IMG/VR virus record: IMGVR_UViG_2695420808_000007
DNA from: a virus
Taxonomy: Duplodnaviria; Heunggongvirae; Uroviricota; Caudoviricetes
DNA length: 6,446 nucleotides
Direction: 5' to 3' (one strand)
Part shown: positions 1 through 6,446 of the stretch, piece by piece
Layout: the number at the start of each line of letters is the position of its first letter
Position numbering within the stretch: position 1 is the stretch's first letter
Program-made: the position numbers and the translations under genes
Notes under the pieces: generated by a model
Told to the model about the DNA's origin: nothing
The model's database searches: none
The model's input: only the letters and a program-made list of their open reading frames with translations

Positions 1-1018
1 GGCACAACGTCGCCAGCTGTCCGCACAGGAGAAATCCCTGCTGGCGCATAAAGATGAGACGCTGGAGTACAAACGCCAGCTGGCTGCACTTGGCGATAAG
101 GTCACGTATCAGGAGCGCCTGAACGCGCTGGCGCAGCAGGCGGATAAATTCGCACAGCAGCAACGGGCAAAACGGGCCGCTATTGATGCGAAAAGCCGGG
201 GGCTGACTGACCGGCAGGCAGAACGGGAAGCCACGGAACAGCGCCTGAAGGAACAGTATGGCGATAATCCTCTGGCGCTGAATAACGTCATGTCAGAGCA
301 GAAAAAGACCTGGGCGGCTGAAGACCTGCTTCGCGGGAGCTGGATGGCAGGCCTCAGGTCCGGCTGGAGCGAGTGGAAAGAGAGTGCCACGGACAGTATG
401 TCGCAGGTAAAAAGTGCAGCCACGCAGACCTTTGATGGTATTGCGCAGAATATGGCGGCGATGCTGACCGGCAGTGAGCAGAACTGGCGCAGCTTCACCC
501 GTTCCGTGCTGTCCATGATGACAGAAATTCTGCTTAAGCAGGCAATGGTGGGGATTGTCGGGAGTATTGGCAGCGCCATTGGCGGGGCTGTTGGTGGCGG
601 CGCATCAGCGTCAGGCGGTACAGCCATTCAGGCCGCTGCGGCGAAATTCCATTTTGCAACCGGAGGATTTACGGGAACCGGCGGCAAATATGAGCCAGCG
701 GGGATTGTTCACCGTGGTGAATTTGTCTTCACGAAGGAGGCAACCAGCCGGATTGGCGTGGGAAATCTCTACCGGCTGATGCGCGGCTATGCCACCGGCG
801 GTTATGTCGGTGGCACCGGAAGTCCGGCGCAAATGCGGCGTTCAGAGGGTATCAGGTTTGAGCAGAACAACAACGTGGTGATTCAGAACGACGGTACGAA
901 TGGTCTGCCAGGTCCACAGATGATGAAGGCGGTGTATGACATGGCCCGCAAGGGTGCCCGTGATGAAATCCAGGCACAGATGCGCGATGGTGGTCTGTTC
1001 TCCGGAGGTGGACGATGA
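1..1018 (+). CDS. H: Tail tape-measure protein, C-terminal part (5'-partial; reading frame opens at nt 2 and runs in from upstream of the window)
   Basis: Frame 2 is open from nt 2 to the TGA at 1016-1018. Translation (AQRRQLSAQEKSLLAHKDETLEYKRQLAALGDK ... Gly-rich GSIGSAIGGAVGGGASASGG ... MRDGGLFSGGGR) matches the C-terminus of lambda gpH as I recall it. Stop overlaps the M start (ATGA). Confidence 0.9.
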   Translation, partial: AQRRQLSAQEKSLLAHKDETLEYKRQLAALGDKVTYQERLNALAQQADKFAQQQRAKRAAIDAKSRGLTDRQAEREATEQRLKEQYGDNPLALNNVMSEQKKTWAAEDLLRGSWMAGLRSGWSEWKESATDSMSQVKSAATQTFDGIAQNMAAMLTGSEQNWRSFTRSVLSMMTEILLKQAMVGIVGSIGSAIGGAVGGGASASGGTAIQAAAAKFHFATGGFTGTGGKYEPAGIVHRGEFVFTKEATSRIGVGNLYRLMRGYATGGYVGGTGSPAQMRRSEGIRFEQNNNVVIQNDGTNGLPGPQMMKAVYDMARKGARDEIQAQMRDGGLFSGGGR

Positions 1019-1344
1019 AAACCTTCCGCTGGAAAGTGAAACCCGGGATGGATGTGACATCGGCTCCTTCCGTCAGGGAGGTGCGCTTTGGTGATGGCTA
1101 TTCCCAGCGTGCGCCTGCCGGGCTGAACGCTGACCTGAAAACGTACAGCGTGACGCTGTCTGTCTCCCGTGAGGAGGCCACGGCGCTGGAGTCGTTTCTG
1201 GAAGAGCACGGGGGCTGGAAAGCCTTTCTGTGGACGCCGCCTTATGAGTGGCGGCAGATAAAGGTGACCTGCGCAAAATGGTCGTCGCGGGTCAGTATGC
1301 TGCGTGTTGAGTTCAGCGCAGAGTTTGAACAGGTGGTGAACTGA
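1015..1344 (+). CDS. M: Minor tail protein M (109 aa)
   Basis: 109-aa ORF MKTFRWKVKPGMDVTSAPSVREVRFGDGYSQRAP..., same length and sequence as lambda gpM. Start overlaps the H stop by 4 nt (ATGA), as in lambda. Confidence 0.9.
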   Translation: MKTFRWKVKPGMDVTSAPSVREVRFGDGYSQRAPAGLNADLKTYSVTLSVSREEATALESFLEEHGGWKAFLWTPPYEWRQIKVTCAKWSSRVSMLRVEFSAEFEQVVN

Positions 1345-2042
1345 TGCAGGATATCCGGCAGGAAACACTGAATGAATGCACCCGTGCGGAGCAGTCGGCC
1401 AGCGTGGTGCTCTGGGAAATCGATCTGACAGAGGTCGGTGGAGAACGTTATTTTTTCTGTAATGAGCAGAACGAAAAAGGTGAGCCGGTCACCTGGCAGG
1501 GGAGGCAGTATCAGGCGTATCCCATTCAGGGGAGCGGTTTTGAACTGAATGGCAAAGGCACCAGTACGCGGCCCACGCTGGCAGTCTCTAACCTGTACGG
1601 CATGGTCACCGGTATGGTGGAAGATATGCAGAGTCTGGTCGGCGGAACGGTGGTCCGGCGTAAGGTTTACGCCCGTTTTCTGGATGCGGTGAACTTCGTC
1701 AACGGAAACAGTGACGCCGATCCGGAGCAGGAGGTGATCAGCCGCTGGCGCATTGAGCAGTGCAGCGAACTGAGCGCGGTGAGTGCCTCTTTTGTACTGT
1801 CCACGCCGACGGAAACAGATGGCGCTGTTTTTCCGGGACGTATCATGCTGGCCAACACCTGCACCTGGACCTATCGCGGCGATGAGTGCGGTTATCACGG
1901 TCCGGCGGTCGCGGATGAATATGACCAGCCAACGTCCGATATCACGAAGGATAAATGCAGCAAATGCCTGAGCGGTTGTAAGTTCCGCAATAACGTCGGC
2001 AACTTTGGCGGCTTCCTTTCCATTAACAAACTTTCGCAGTAA
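1344..2042 (+). CDS. L: Minor tail protein L (232 aa), with C-terminal Cys cluster
   Basis: 232-aa ORF MQDIRQETLNECTRAEQSASVVLWEIDL... matching lambda gpL. The C-terminal cysteines (C..C ... CSKCLSGC) fit the reported Fe-S-binding site of gpL. Start overlaps the M stop (TGATG). Confidence 0.9.
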   Translation: MQDIRQETLNECTRAEQSASVVLWEIDLTEVGGERYFFCNEQNEKGEPVTWQGRQYQAYPIQGSGFELNGKGTSTRPTLAVSNLYGMVTGMVEDMQSLVGGTVVRRKVYARFLDAVNFVNGNSDADPEQEVISRWRIEQCSELSAVSASFVLSTPTETDGAVFPGRIMLANTCTWTYRGDECGYHGPAVADEYDQPTSDITKDKCSKCLSGCKFRNNVGNFGGFLSINKLSQ

Positions 2043-3113
2043 ATCCCATGACAGAGACAGAATCAGCGATTCTGGCGCACGCCCGGCGATGTGCTCCAGC
2101 GGAGTCGTGCGGCTTCGTGGTAAGAACGCCGGAGGGGGAAAGATATTTCCCCTGCGTGAATATCTCCGGTGAGCCGGAGGCGTATTTCCGTATGTCGCCG
2201 GAAGACTGGCTGCAGGCAGAGATGCAGGGTGAGATTGTGGCACTGGTCCACAGCCACCCCGGTGGTCTGCCCTGGCTGAGTGAGGCCGACCGGCGGCTGC
2301 AGGTGCAGAGTGATTTGCCGTGGTGGCTGGTCTGCCGGGGGGCGATTCACAAGTTCCGCTGTGTGCCACATCTTACCGGGCGGCGCTTTGAGCACGGGGT
2401 GACGGACTGTTACACGCTGTTCCGGGATGCTTACCATCTGGCGGGGATTGAGATGCCGGATTTTCATCGTGAGGATGACTGGTGGCGTCACGGTCAGAAT
2501 CTCTATCTGGATAATCTGGAGGCCACAGGGCTGTATCAGGTGCCGTTGTCAGCGGCGCAGCCGGGCGATGTGCTGCTGTGCTGTTTTGGTTCATCGGTGC
2601 CGAATCATGCCGCCATTTACTGTGGTGACGGCGAGCTGCTGCACCATATTCCTGAACAACTGAGCAAACGAGAGAGGTATACCGACAAATGGCAGCGACG
2701 CACACACTCCCTCTGGCGTCACCGGGCATGGCACGCATCTGCCTTTACGGGGATTTGCAACGATTTGGCCGCCGCATCGACCTTCGTGTGAAAACGGGTG
2801 CCGAAGCCATCCGGGCGATGGCCACACAGCTCCCTGCGTTTCGTCAGAAGCTGAGCGACGGCTGGTATCAGGTGCGTATTGCCGGGCAGGATGTTAGCAC
2901 GTCCGGATTAACGGCACAGTTACATGAGGCTCTGCCTGACGGCGCTGTGATTCATATTGTTCCCAGAGTCGCCGGGGCCAAGTCAGGTGGTGTATTCCAG
3001 ATTGTCCTGGGAGCAGCCGCCATTGCCGGATCATTCTTTACCGCCGGAGCCACCCTTGCAGCATGGGGGGCTGCCATTGGTGCCGGTGGTATGACCGGCA
3101 TTCTGTTTTCTCA
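1536..3113 (+). repeat. Direct repeat copy A (about 1578 bp; L codon 64 or so to I codon 140 or so)
   Basis: Self-similarity: 3114 onward matches 1536 onward at offset 1578, with a 1-bp indel in the L-K spacer. Copies are near-identical over L and carry scattered substitutions over K and 5' I. Confidence 0.85.
2048..2791 (+). CDS. K: Tail tip assembly protein K, copy 1 (247 aa; JAB/MPN metallopeptidase plus NlpC/P60 domains)
   Basis: ORF begins 5 nt after the L stop. JAMM motif HSHPGGLPWLSEAD (H-x-H-x7-S-x2-D) with an upstream Glu in PAESCGFVV. NlpC/P60-type Cys (GVTDCYTLF) and His (PNHAAIY). The classic lambda annotation (199 aa) would correspond to the internal ATG at 2192. Confidence 0.88.
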   Translation: MTETESAILAHARRCAPAESCGFVVRTPEGERYFPCVNISGEPEAYFRMSPEDWLQAEMQGEIVALVHSHPGGLPWLSEADRRLQVQSDLPWWLVCRGAIHKFRCVPHLTGRRFEHGVTDCYTLFRDAYHLAGIEMPDFHREDDWWRHGQNLYLDNLEATGLYQVPLSAAQPGDVLLCCFGSSVPNHAAIYCGDGELLHHIPEQLSKRERYTDKWQRRTHSLWRHRAWHASAFTGICNDLAAASTFV

Positions 3114-3126
3114 GGTTTTGAACTGA
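2689..3126 (+). pseudogene. I: Tail assembly protein I, copy 1, 3'-truncated by the duplication junction (about 138 I-derived codons then 7 junction codons, QVLN-stop)
   Basis: Starts inside K in another frame with a 103-nt overlap, as in lambda. N-terminus MAATHTLPLASPGMARICLYGDLQRFGRRIDLRVK matches lambda gpI. Ubiquitin-like N-domain up to AGAKSGG is retained. The reading frame runs into L-derived sequence at about 3114 and stops at 3124-3126. Confidence 0.7.
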
Positions 3127-3620
3127 ATGGCAAAGGCACCAGTACGCGGCCCACGCTGGCAGTCTCTAACCTGTACGGCATGGTCACCGGTATGGTGGAA
3201 GATATGCAGAGTCTGGTCGGCGGAACGGTGGTCCGGCGTAAGGTTTACGCCCGTTTTCTGGATGCGGTGAACTTCGTCAACGGAAACAGAGACGCCGATC
3301 CGGAGCAGGAGGTGATCAGCCGCTGGCGCATCGAGCAGTGCAGCGAACTGAGCGCGGTGAGTGCCTCCTTTGTACTGTCCACGCCGACGGAAACGGATGG
3401 CGCTGTTTTTCCGGGGCGTATCATGCTGGCCAACACCTGCACCTGGACCTATCGCGGCGATGAGTGCGGTTATCACGGTCCGGCGGTCGCGGATGAATAT
3501 GACCAGCCAACGTCCGATATCACGAAGGATAAATGCAGCAAATGCCTGAGCGGTTGTAAGTTCCGCAATAACGTCGGCAACTTTGGCGGCTTCCTTTCCA
3601 TTAACAAACTTTCGCAGTAA
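3114..3620 (+). pseudogene. L: Minor tail protein L fragment, copy 2 (5'-truncated; corresponds to L residues 64-232 or so)
   Basis: In-frame L sequence from GFELNGKG... to the stop at 3618-3620, one amino-acid difference from copy 1 (S to R). No native start. The six-frame ORF 3063..3620 gets its ATG and first 17 codons from I-derived sequence read out of frame. Confidence 0.7.
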
Positions 3621-3624
3621 TCCC

Positions 3625-4368
3625 ATGACAGAGACAGAATCAGCGATTCTGGCGCACGCCCGGCGATGTGCGCCAGCGGAGTCGTGCGGCTTCGTGGTGA
3701 GAGCGCCGGAGGGGGAAAGATATTTTCCCGGCGTGAATATTTCCGGTGAGCCGGAGGATTATTTCCGGATGGCTCCGGAGGACTGGCTGCAGGCAGAAAT
3801 GCAGGGTGAGATTGTGGCGCTGGTCCACAGCCACCCCGGTGGTCTGCCCTGGCTGAGTGAGGCTGACCGGCGGCTGCAGGTGCAGAGTGATTTGCCGTGG
3901 TGGCTGGTCTGCCGGGGGGCGATTCACAAGTTCCGCTGTGTGCCACATCTTACCGGGCGGCGCTTTGAGCACGGGGTGACGGACTGTTACACGCTGTTCC
4001 GGGATGCTTATCATCTGGCGGGGATTGAGATGCCGAATTTTCATCGCGGGGATGACTGGTGGCGTCACGGTCAGAATCTCTATCTTGACAATATGGAGGC
4101 TACTGGTTTTTACCGTGTCGCACTGACAGAGGCGCAGCCGGGCGATGTGCTGCTGTGCTGTTTTGGTTCATCGGTGCCGAATCATGCCGCCATTTACTGT
4201 GGTGACGGCGAGCTGCTGCACCATATTCCTGAACAACTGAGCAAACGAGAGAGGTATACCGACAAATGGCAGCGACGCACACACTCCCTCTGGCGTCACC
4301 GGGCATGGCACGCATCTGCCTTTACGGGGATTTGCAACGATTTGGCCGCCGCATCGACCTTCGTGTGA
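3625..4368 (+). CDS. K: Tail tip assembly protein K, copy 2 (247 aa; JAB/MPN plus NlpC/P60)
   Basis: Start assigned by alignment to copy 1 (ATG at 3625; the ORF-track start at 3583 is an upstream extension). JAMM motif and NlpC/P60 Cys/His are conserved. About 12 amino-acid substitutions relative to copy 1. Confidence 0.85.
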   Translation: MTETESAILAHARRCAPAESCGFVVRAPEGERYFPGVNISGEPEDYFRMAPEDWLQAEMQGEIVALVHSHPGGLPWLSEADRRLQVQSDLPWWLVCRGAIHKFRCVPHLTGRRFEHGVTDCYTLFRDAYHLAGIEMPNFHRGDDWWRHGQNLYLDNMEATGFYRVALTEAQPGDVLLCCFGSSVPNHAAIYCGDGELLHHIPEQLSKRERYTDKWQRRTHSLWRHRAWHASAFTGICNDLAAASTFV

Positions 4369-4907
4369 AAACGGGGGCTGAAGCCATCCGGGCACTGGCC
4401 ACACAGCTCCCGGCGTTTCGTCAGAAACTGAGCGATGGCTGGTATCAGGTACGGATTGCCGGGCGGGATGCAGGAGAAACCGAATTATCATCCCGTCTTA
4501 ATGAGCCGCTGGCAAATGGTGCCGTGATCCACATCGTGCCGCGTCTTGCGGGAGCAAAAAGTGGCGGTGTGTTTCAGGCGGTGCTGGGTGCGGCGTTGAT
4601 TGCTACGGCAATCTGGATGCCGGGGATCAGTATCGCTTTCAGTGACATTCTCTTTTCAATGGGTGCGGCGATGACGCTTGGTGGTGTGGCGCAGATGCTG
4701 GCACCGAAAGCCAGAACTCCCCGTACACAGACAACGGATAACGGCAAACAGAACACCTATTTCTCCTCACTGGATAACATGGTTGCCCAGGGCAATGTCC
4801 TGCCTGTTCTGTACGGTGAAATGCGCGTGGGGTCACGTGTGGCATCTCAGGAGATCAGCACGGCAGATGAAGGGGATGGTGGTCAGGTTGTGGTAATTGG
4901 GCGGTAA
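4266..4907 (+). CDS. I: Tail assembly protein I, copy 2 (213 aa, full length; ubiquitin-like N-domain plus hydrophobic C-terminal region)
   Basis: 103-nt out-of-frame overlap with K copy 2. N-terminal 66 aa near-identical to copy 1, then divergent. C-terminal ...MLAPKARTPRTQTTDNGKQNTYFSSLDNMVAQGNVLPVLYGEMRVGSRV...GDGGQVVVIGR is lambda gpI-like. Confidence 0.85.
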   Translation: MAATHTLPLASPGMARICLYGDLQRFGRRIDLRVKTGAEAIRALATQLPAFRQKLSDGWYQVRIAGRDAGETELSSRLNEPLANGAVIHIVPRLAGAKSGGVFQAVLGAALIATAIWMPGISIAFSDILFSMGAAMTLGGVAQMLAPKARTPRTQTTDNGKQNTYFSSLDNMVAQGNVLPVLYGEMRVGSRVASQEISTADEGDGGQVVVIGR

Positions 4908-4913
4908 TATTAT

Positions 4914-4942
4914 TTTACTCATGTTCTAACTGATTTAATATT
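4914..4942 (+). promoter_or_regulatory. Possible sigma70-type promoter for the lipoprotein gene (weak -35 TTTACT, 17-bp spacer, -10 TAATAT)
   Basis: Hexamer match by eye (4 of 6 each) in the AT-rich spacer just downstream of the I stop. No experimental or computational support beyond that. Confidence 0.2.
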
Positions 4943-4980
4943 TATATCGAACACTGATAATTATTCTATTGGTTAGCTAT

Positions 4981-5319
4981 ATGAACAAAACGATTTTATT
5001 CTGCACGATTATTGCCTTAACAGGATGTAAATCTTTGGATTACGTAAAATCCGGAAAACCTGTAATGGAAGGTAATTCATTAAAAAATATTGATGAATTG
5101 TCAGGCTGCATATCCAGACAATGGGCTGGTAATGGAACACCTATAACATCCCTTCCTATTGAGAATGGGGTAAGCCTTTTAGTTCCACAGGCTATGGGGG
5201 GATATGATGTTGTGCTTGATATCAAAAAAGCAGGAAATGGCAGTAGTTTTACTCTTTATGAACGTGTACCAGCATTAACGCCAAAAATTTTTGCTGATAG
5301 TGTTAATGCATGTAAATAA
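4981..5319 (+). CDS. Small predicted outer-membrane lipoprotein (112 aa precursor), unknown function; moron between I and J
   Basis: ATG at 4981 (the ORF track starts at a TTG at 4969). N-terminus MNKTILFCTIIALTG-C has a charged n-region, hydrophobic core and lipobox L-T-G-C. Residue +2 after Cys is Lys, not Asp, so outer-membrane sorting is predicted. GC content of roughly 32-35% against about 58-60% in flanking tail genes. AT-rich codon usage (ata, aga, tta). Confidence 0.6.
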   Translation: MNKTILFCTIIALTGCKSLDYVKSGKPVMEGNSLKNIDELSGCISRQWAGNGTPITSLPIENGVSLLVPQAMGGYDVVLDIKKAGNGSSFTLYERVPALTPKIFADSVNACK

Positions 5320-5342
5320 TAGTTAATCCTGTCGTAACTCAT

Positions 5343-5371
5343 GAGCCGCCTTTTGGGCGGCTTTGTTGTTT
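5343..5371 (+). terminator. Rho-independent terminator-like hairpin downstream of the lipoprotein gene
   Basis: Stem GCCGCC (5345-5350), loop TTTTG, stem GGCGGC (5356-5361), then T-rich tract TTTGTTGTTT. Sits 24 nt after the lipoprotein stop. Confidence 0.55.
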
Positions 5372-5385
5372 ATGGAGTGTGAGGA

Positions 5386-6446
5386 ATGGGTAAAGGAAGC
5401 AGTAAGGGGCATACCCCGCGCGAAGCGAAGGACAACCTGAAGTCCACGCAGTTGCTGAGTGTGATCGATGCCATCAGCGAAGGGCCGGTTGAAGGTCCGG
5501 TGGATGGATTAAAAAGCGTGCTGCTGAACAGTACGCCGGTGCTGGACACTGAGGGGAATACCAACATCGCCGGTGTCACGGTGGTGTTCCGTGCCGGTGA
5601 GCAGGAGCAGACACCGCCGGAGGGGTTTGAATCTTCCGGCTCCGAGACGGTGCTGGGTACGGAAGTGAAATACGACACGCCGATCACCCGGACTATCACG
5701 TCTGCAAACATCGACCGTCTGCGCTTTACCTTCGGTGTGCAGGCACTGGTGGAAACCACCTCAAAGGGGGACCGGAATCCGTCGGAAGTCCGCCTGCTGG
5801 TTCAGATACAGCGTAATGGTGGCTGGGTGACGGAAAAAGACATCACCATTAAGGGCAAAACCACCTCGCAGTATCTGGCCTCGGTGGTGGTGGATAACCT
5901 GCCGCCGCGCCCGTTTAATATCCGGATGCGCAGAATGACGCCGGACAGCACCACAGACCAGCTGCAGAACAAAACGCTCTGGTCGTCATACACCGAAATC
6001 ATCGATGTGAAACAGTGCTACCCGAACACGGCACTGGTCGGCGTGCAGGTGGATTCGGAGCAGTTCGGCAGCCAGCAGGTGAGCCGTAATTATCATCTGC
6101 GCGGGCGTATTCTGCAGGTGCCGTCGAATTATAACCCGCAGACGCGGCAATACAGCGGTATCTGGGACGGAACGTTTAAACCGGCATACAGCAACAACAT
6201 GGCCTGGTGTCTGTGGGATATGCTGACCCACCCGCGCTACGGCATGGGGAAACGTCTTGGTGCGGCAGATGTGGATAAATGGGCGCTGTATGTCATCGGC
6301 CAGAATTGCGACCAGTCGGTGCCGGACGGCTTTGGCGGCACGGAGCCGCGCATTACCTGTAATGCGTACCTGACCACACAGCGCAAGGCGTGGGATGTGC
6401 TCAGTGATTTCTGCTCGGCGATGCGCTGTATGCCGGTATGGAACGG
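5386..6446 (+). CDS. J: Host specificity / central tail fibre protein J, N-terminal part (3'-partial; runs off the window)
   Basis: ATG at 5386 preceded by GGAG/GAGGA. Frame is open to the window end. Translation MGKGSSKGHTPREAKDNLKSTQLLSVIDAISEGPVEGPVDGLKSVLLNSTPVLDTEGNTN... matches the lambda gpJ N-terminus. Absent from the ORF track only because there is no in-window stop. Confidence 0.9.
   Translation, partial: MGKGSSKGHTPREAKDNLKSTQLLSVIDAISEGPVEGPVDGLKSVLLNSTPVLDTEGNTNIAGVTVVFRAGEQEQTPPEGFESSGSETVLGTEVKYDTPITRTITSANIDRLRFTFGVQALVETTSKGDRNPSEVRLLVQIQRNGGWVTEKDITIKGKTTSQYLASVVVDNLPPRPFNIRMRRMTPDSTTDQLQNKTLWSSYTEIIDVKQCYPNTALVGVQVDSEQFGSQQVSRNYHLRGRILQVPSNYNPQTRQYSGIWDGTFKPAYSNNMAWCLWDMLTHPRYGMGKRLGAADVDKWALYVIGQNCDQSVPDGFGGTEPRITCNAYLTTQRKAWDVLSDFCSAMRCMPVWN

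Larger units (their letters stand above)
3114..4691 (+). repeat. Direct repeat copy B (tandem to copy A)
   Basis: Same as copy A. Translated products GFELNGKGTSTRPT...INKLSQ (L) and MTETESAILAHARRCAPAESCGFVV... (K) recur. Confidence 0.85.

Noticed and set aside
555-832. Small internal ORFs within the tape-measure gene (555..779 +, 611..832 -)
   Set aside because: Wholly nested in alternative frames of the H coding sequence, with no start signals or recognisable protein features. These are chance ORFs.
1242-2369. 375-aa ORF on the minus strand, plus other minus-strand ORFs at 109..627, 883..1368, 2063..2491, 3111..3626, 3473..3946, 3640..4068, 4168..4491, 5370..5759 and 5986..6231
   Set aside because: All lie antisense to well-supported lambda-like tail genes. 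Their translations are Pro/Arg/Ala/Ser-rich and low-complexity, typical of chance open frames in high-GC DNA, with no recognisable domains or plausible starts.
2689-2791. Programmed ribosomal frameshift between K and I
   Set aside because: I has its own ATG and a full reading frame, and the overlap is the conserved lambda arrangement. No slippery heptamer plus downstream structure stood out by eye. Independent initiation is the simpler reading.
3583-3624. N-terminal extension of K copy 2 (MAASFPLTNFRSNP...) implied by the ORF-track start at 3583
   Set aside because: The extension overlaps the 3' end of the L fragment and has no counterpart in copy 1, where K starts at the ATG aligned to 3625. 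3625 is the conserved start.
1536-4691. CRISPR array or insertion-sequence origin for the direct repeat
   Set aside because: The repeat unit is about 1.6 kb of protein-coding tail genes, not short repeat-spacer units. No transposase, terminal inverted repeats or target-site duplications are visible at the junctions.
4969-4980. TTG start at 4969 for the lipoprotein ORF (MVSYMNK...)
   Set aside because: The ATG at 4981 gives a canonical signal peptide n-region (MNK) followed directly by the hydrophobic core and lipobox. The four extra residues are unnecessary and a TTG start is less likely.

Overview
This window is the tail-tip assembly module of a lambda-like (lambdoid) siphophage or prophage, most likely from an enterobacterial host, with every real gene on the + strand. 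The order is: 3' end of tape-measure gene H, then M, L, K, a truncated I fused to a 5'-truncated second L, a second K, a full-length I, a small AT-rich lipoprotein gene, and the 5' end of host-specificity gene J. Two things are not canonical lambda. First, a roughly 1.58-kb segment running from mid-L to mid-I is present twice in tandem, and the copies have diverged. Second, the I-J gap is 478 nt and holds a low-GC cassette encoding a predicted outer-membrane lipoprotein followed by a hairpin terminator; from memory the lambda I-J gap is only about 60 nt. Gene identities rest on my recognition of lambda protein sequences and motifs, not on any database search. The minus-strand ORFs in the track are high-GC antisense artefacts.
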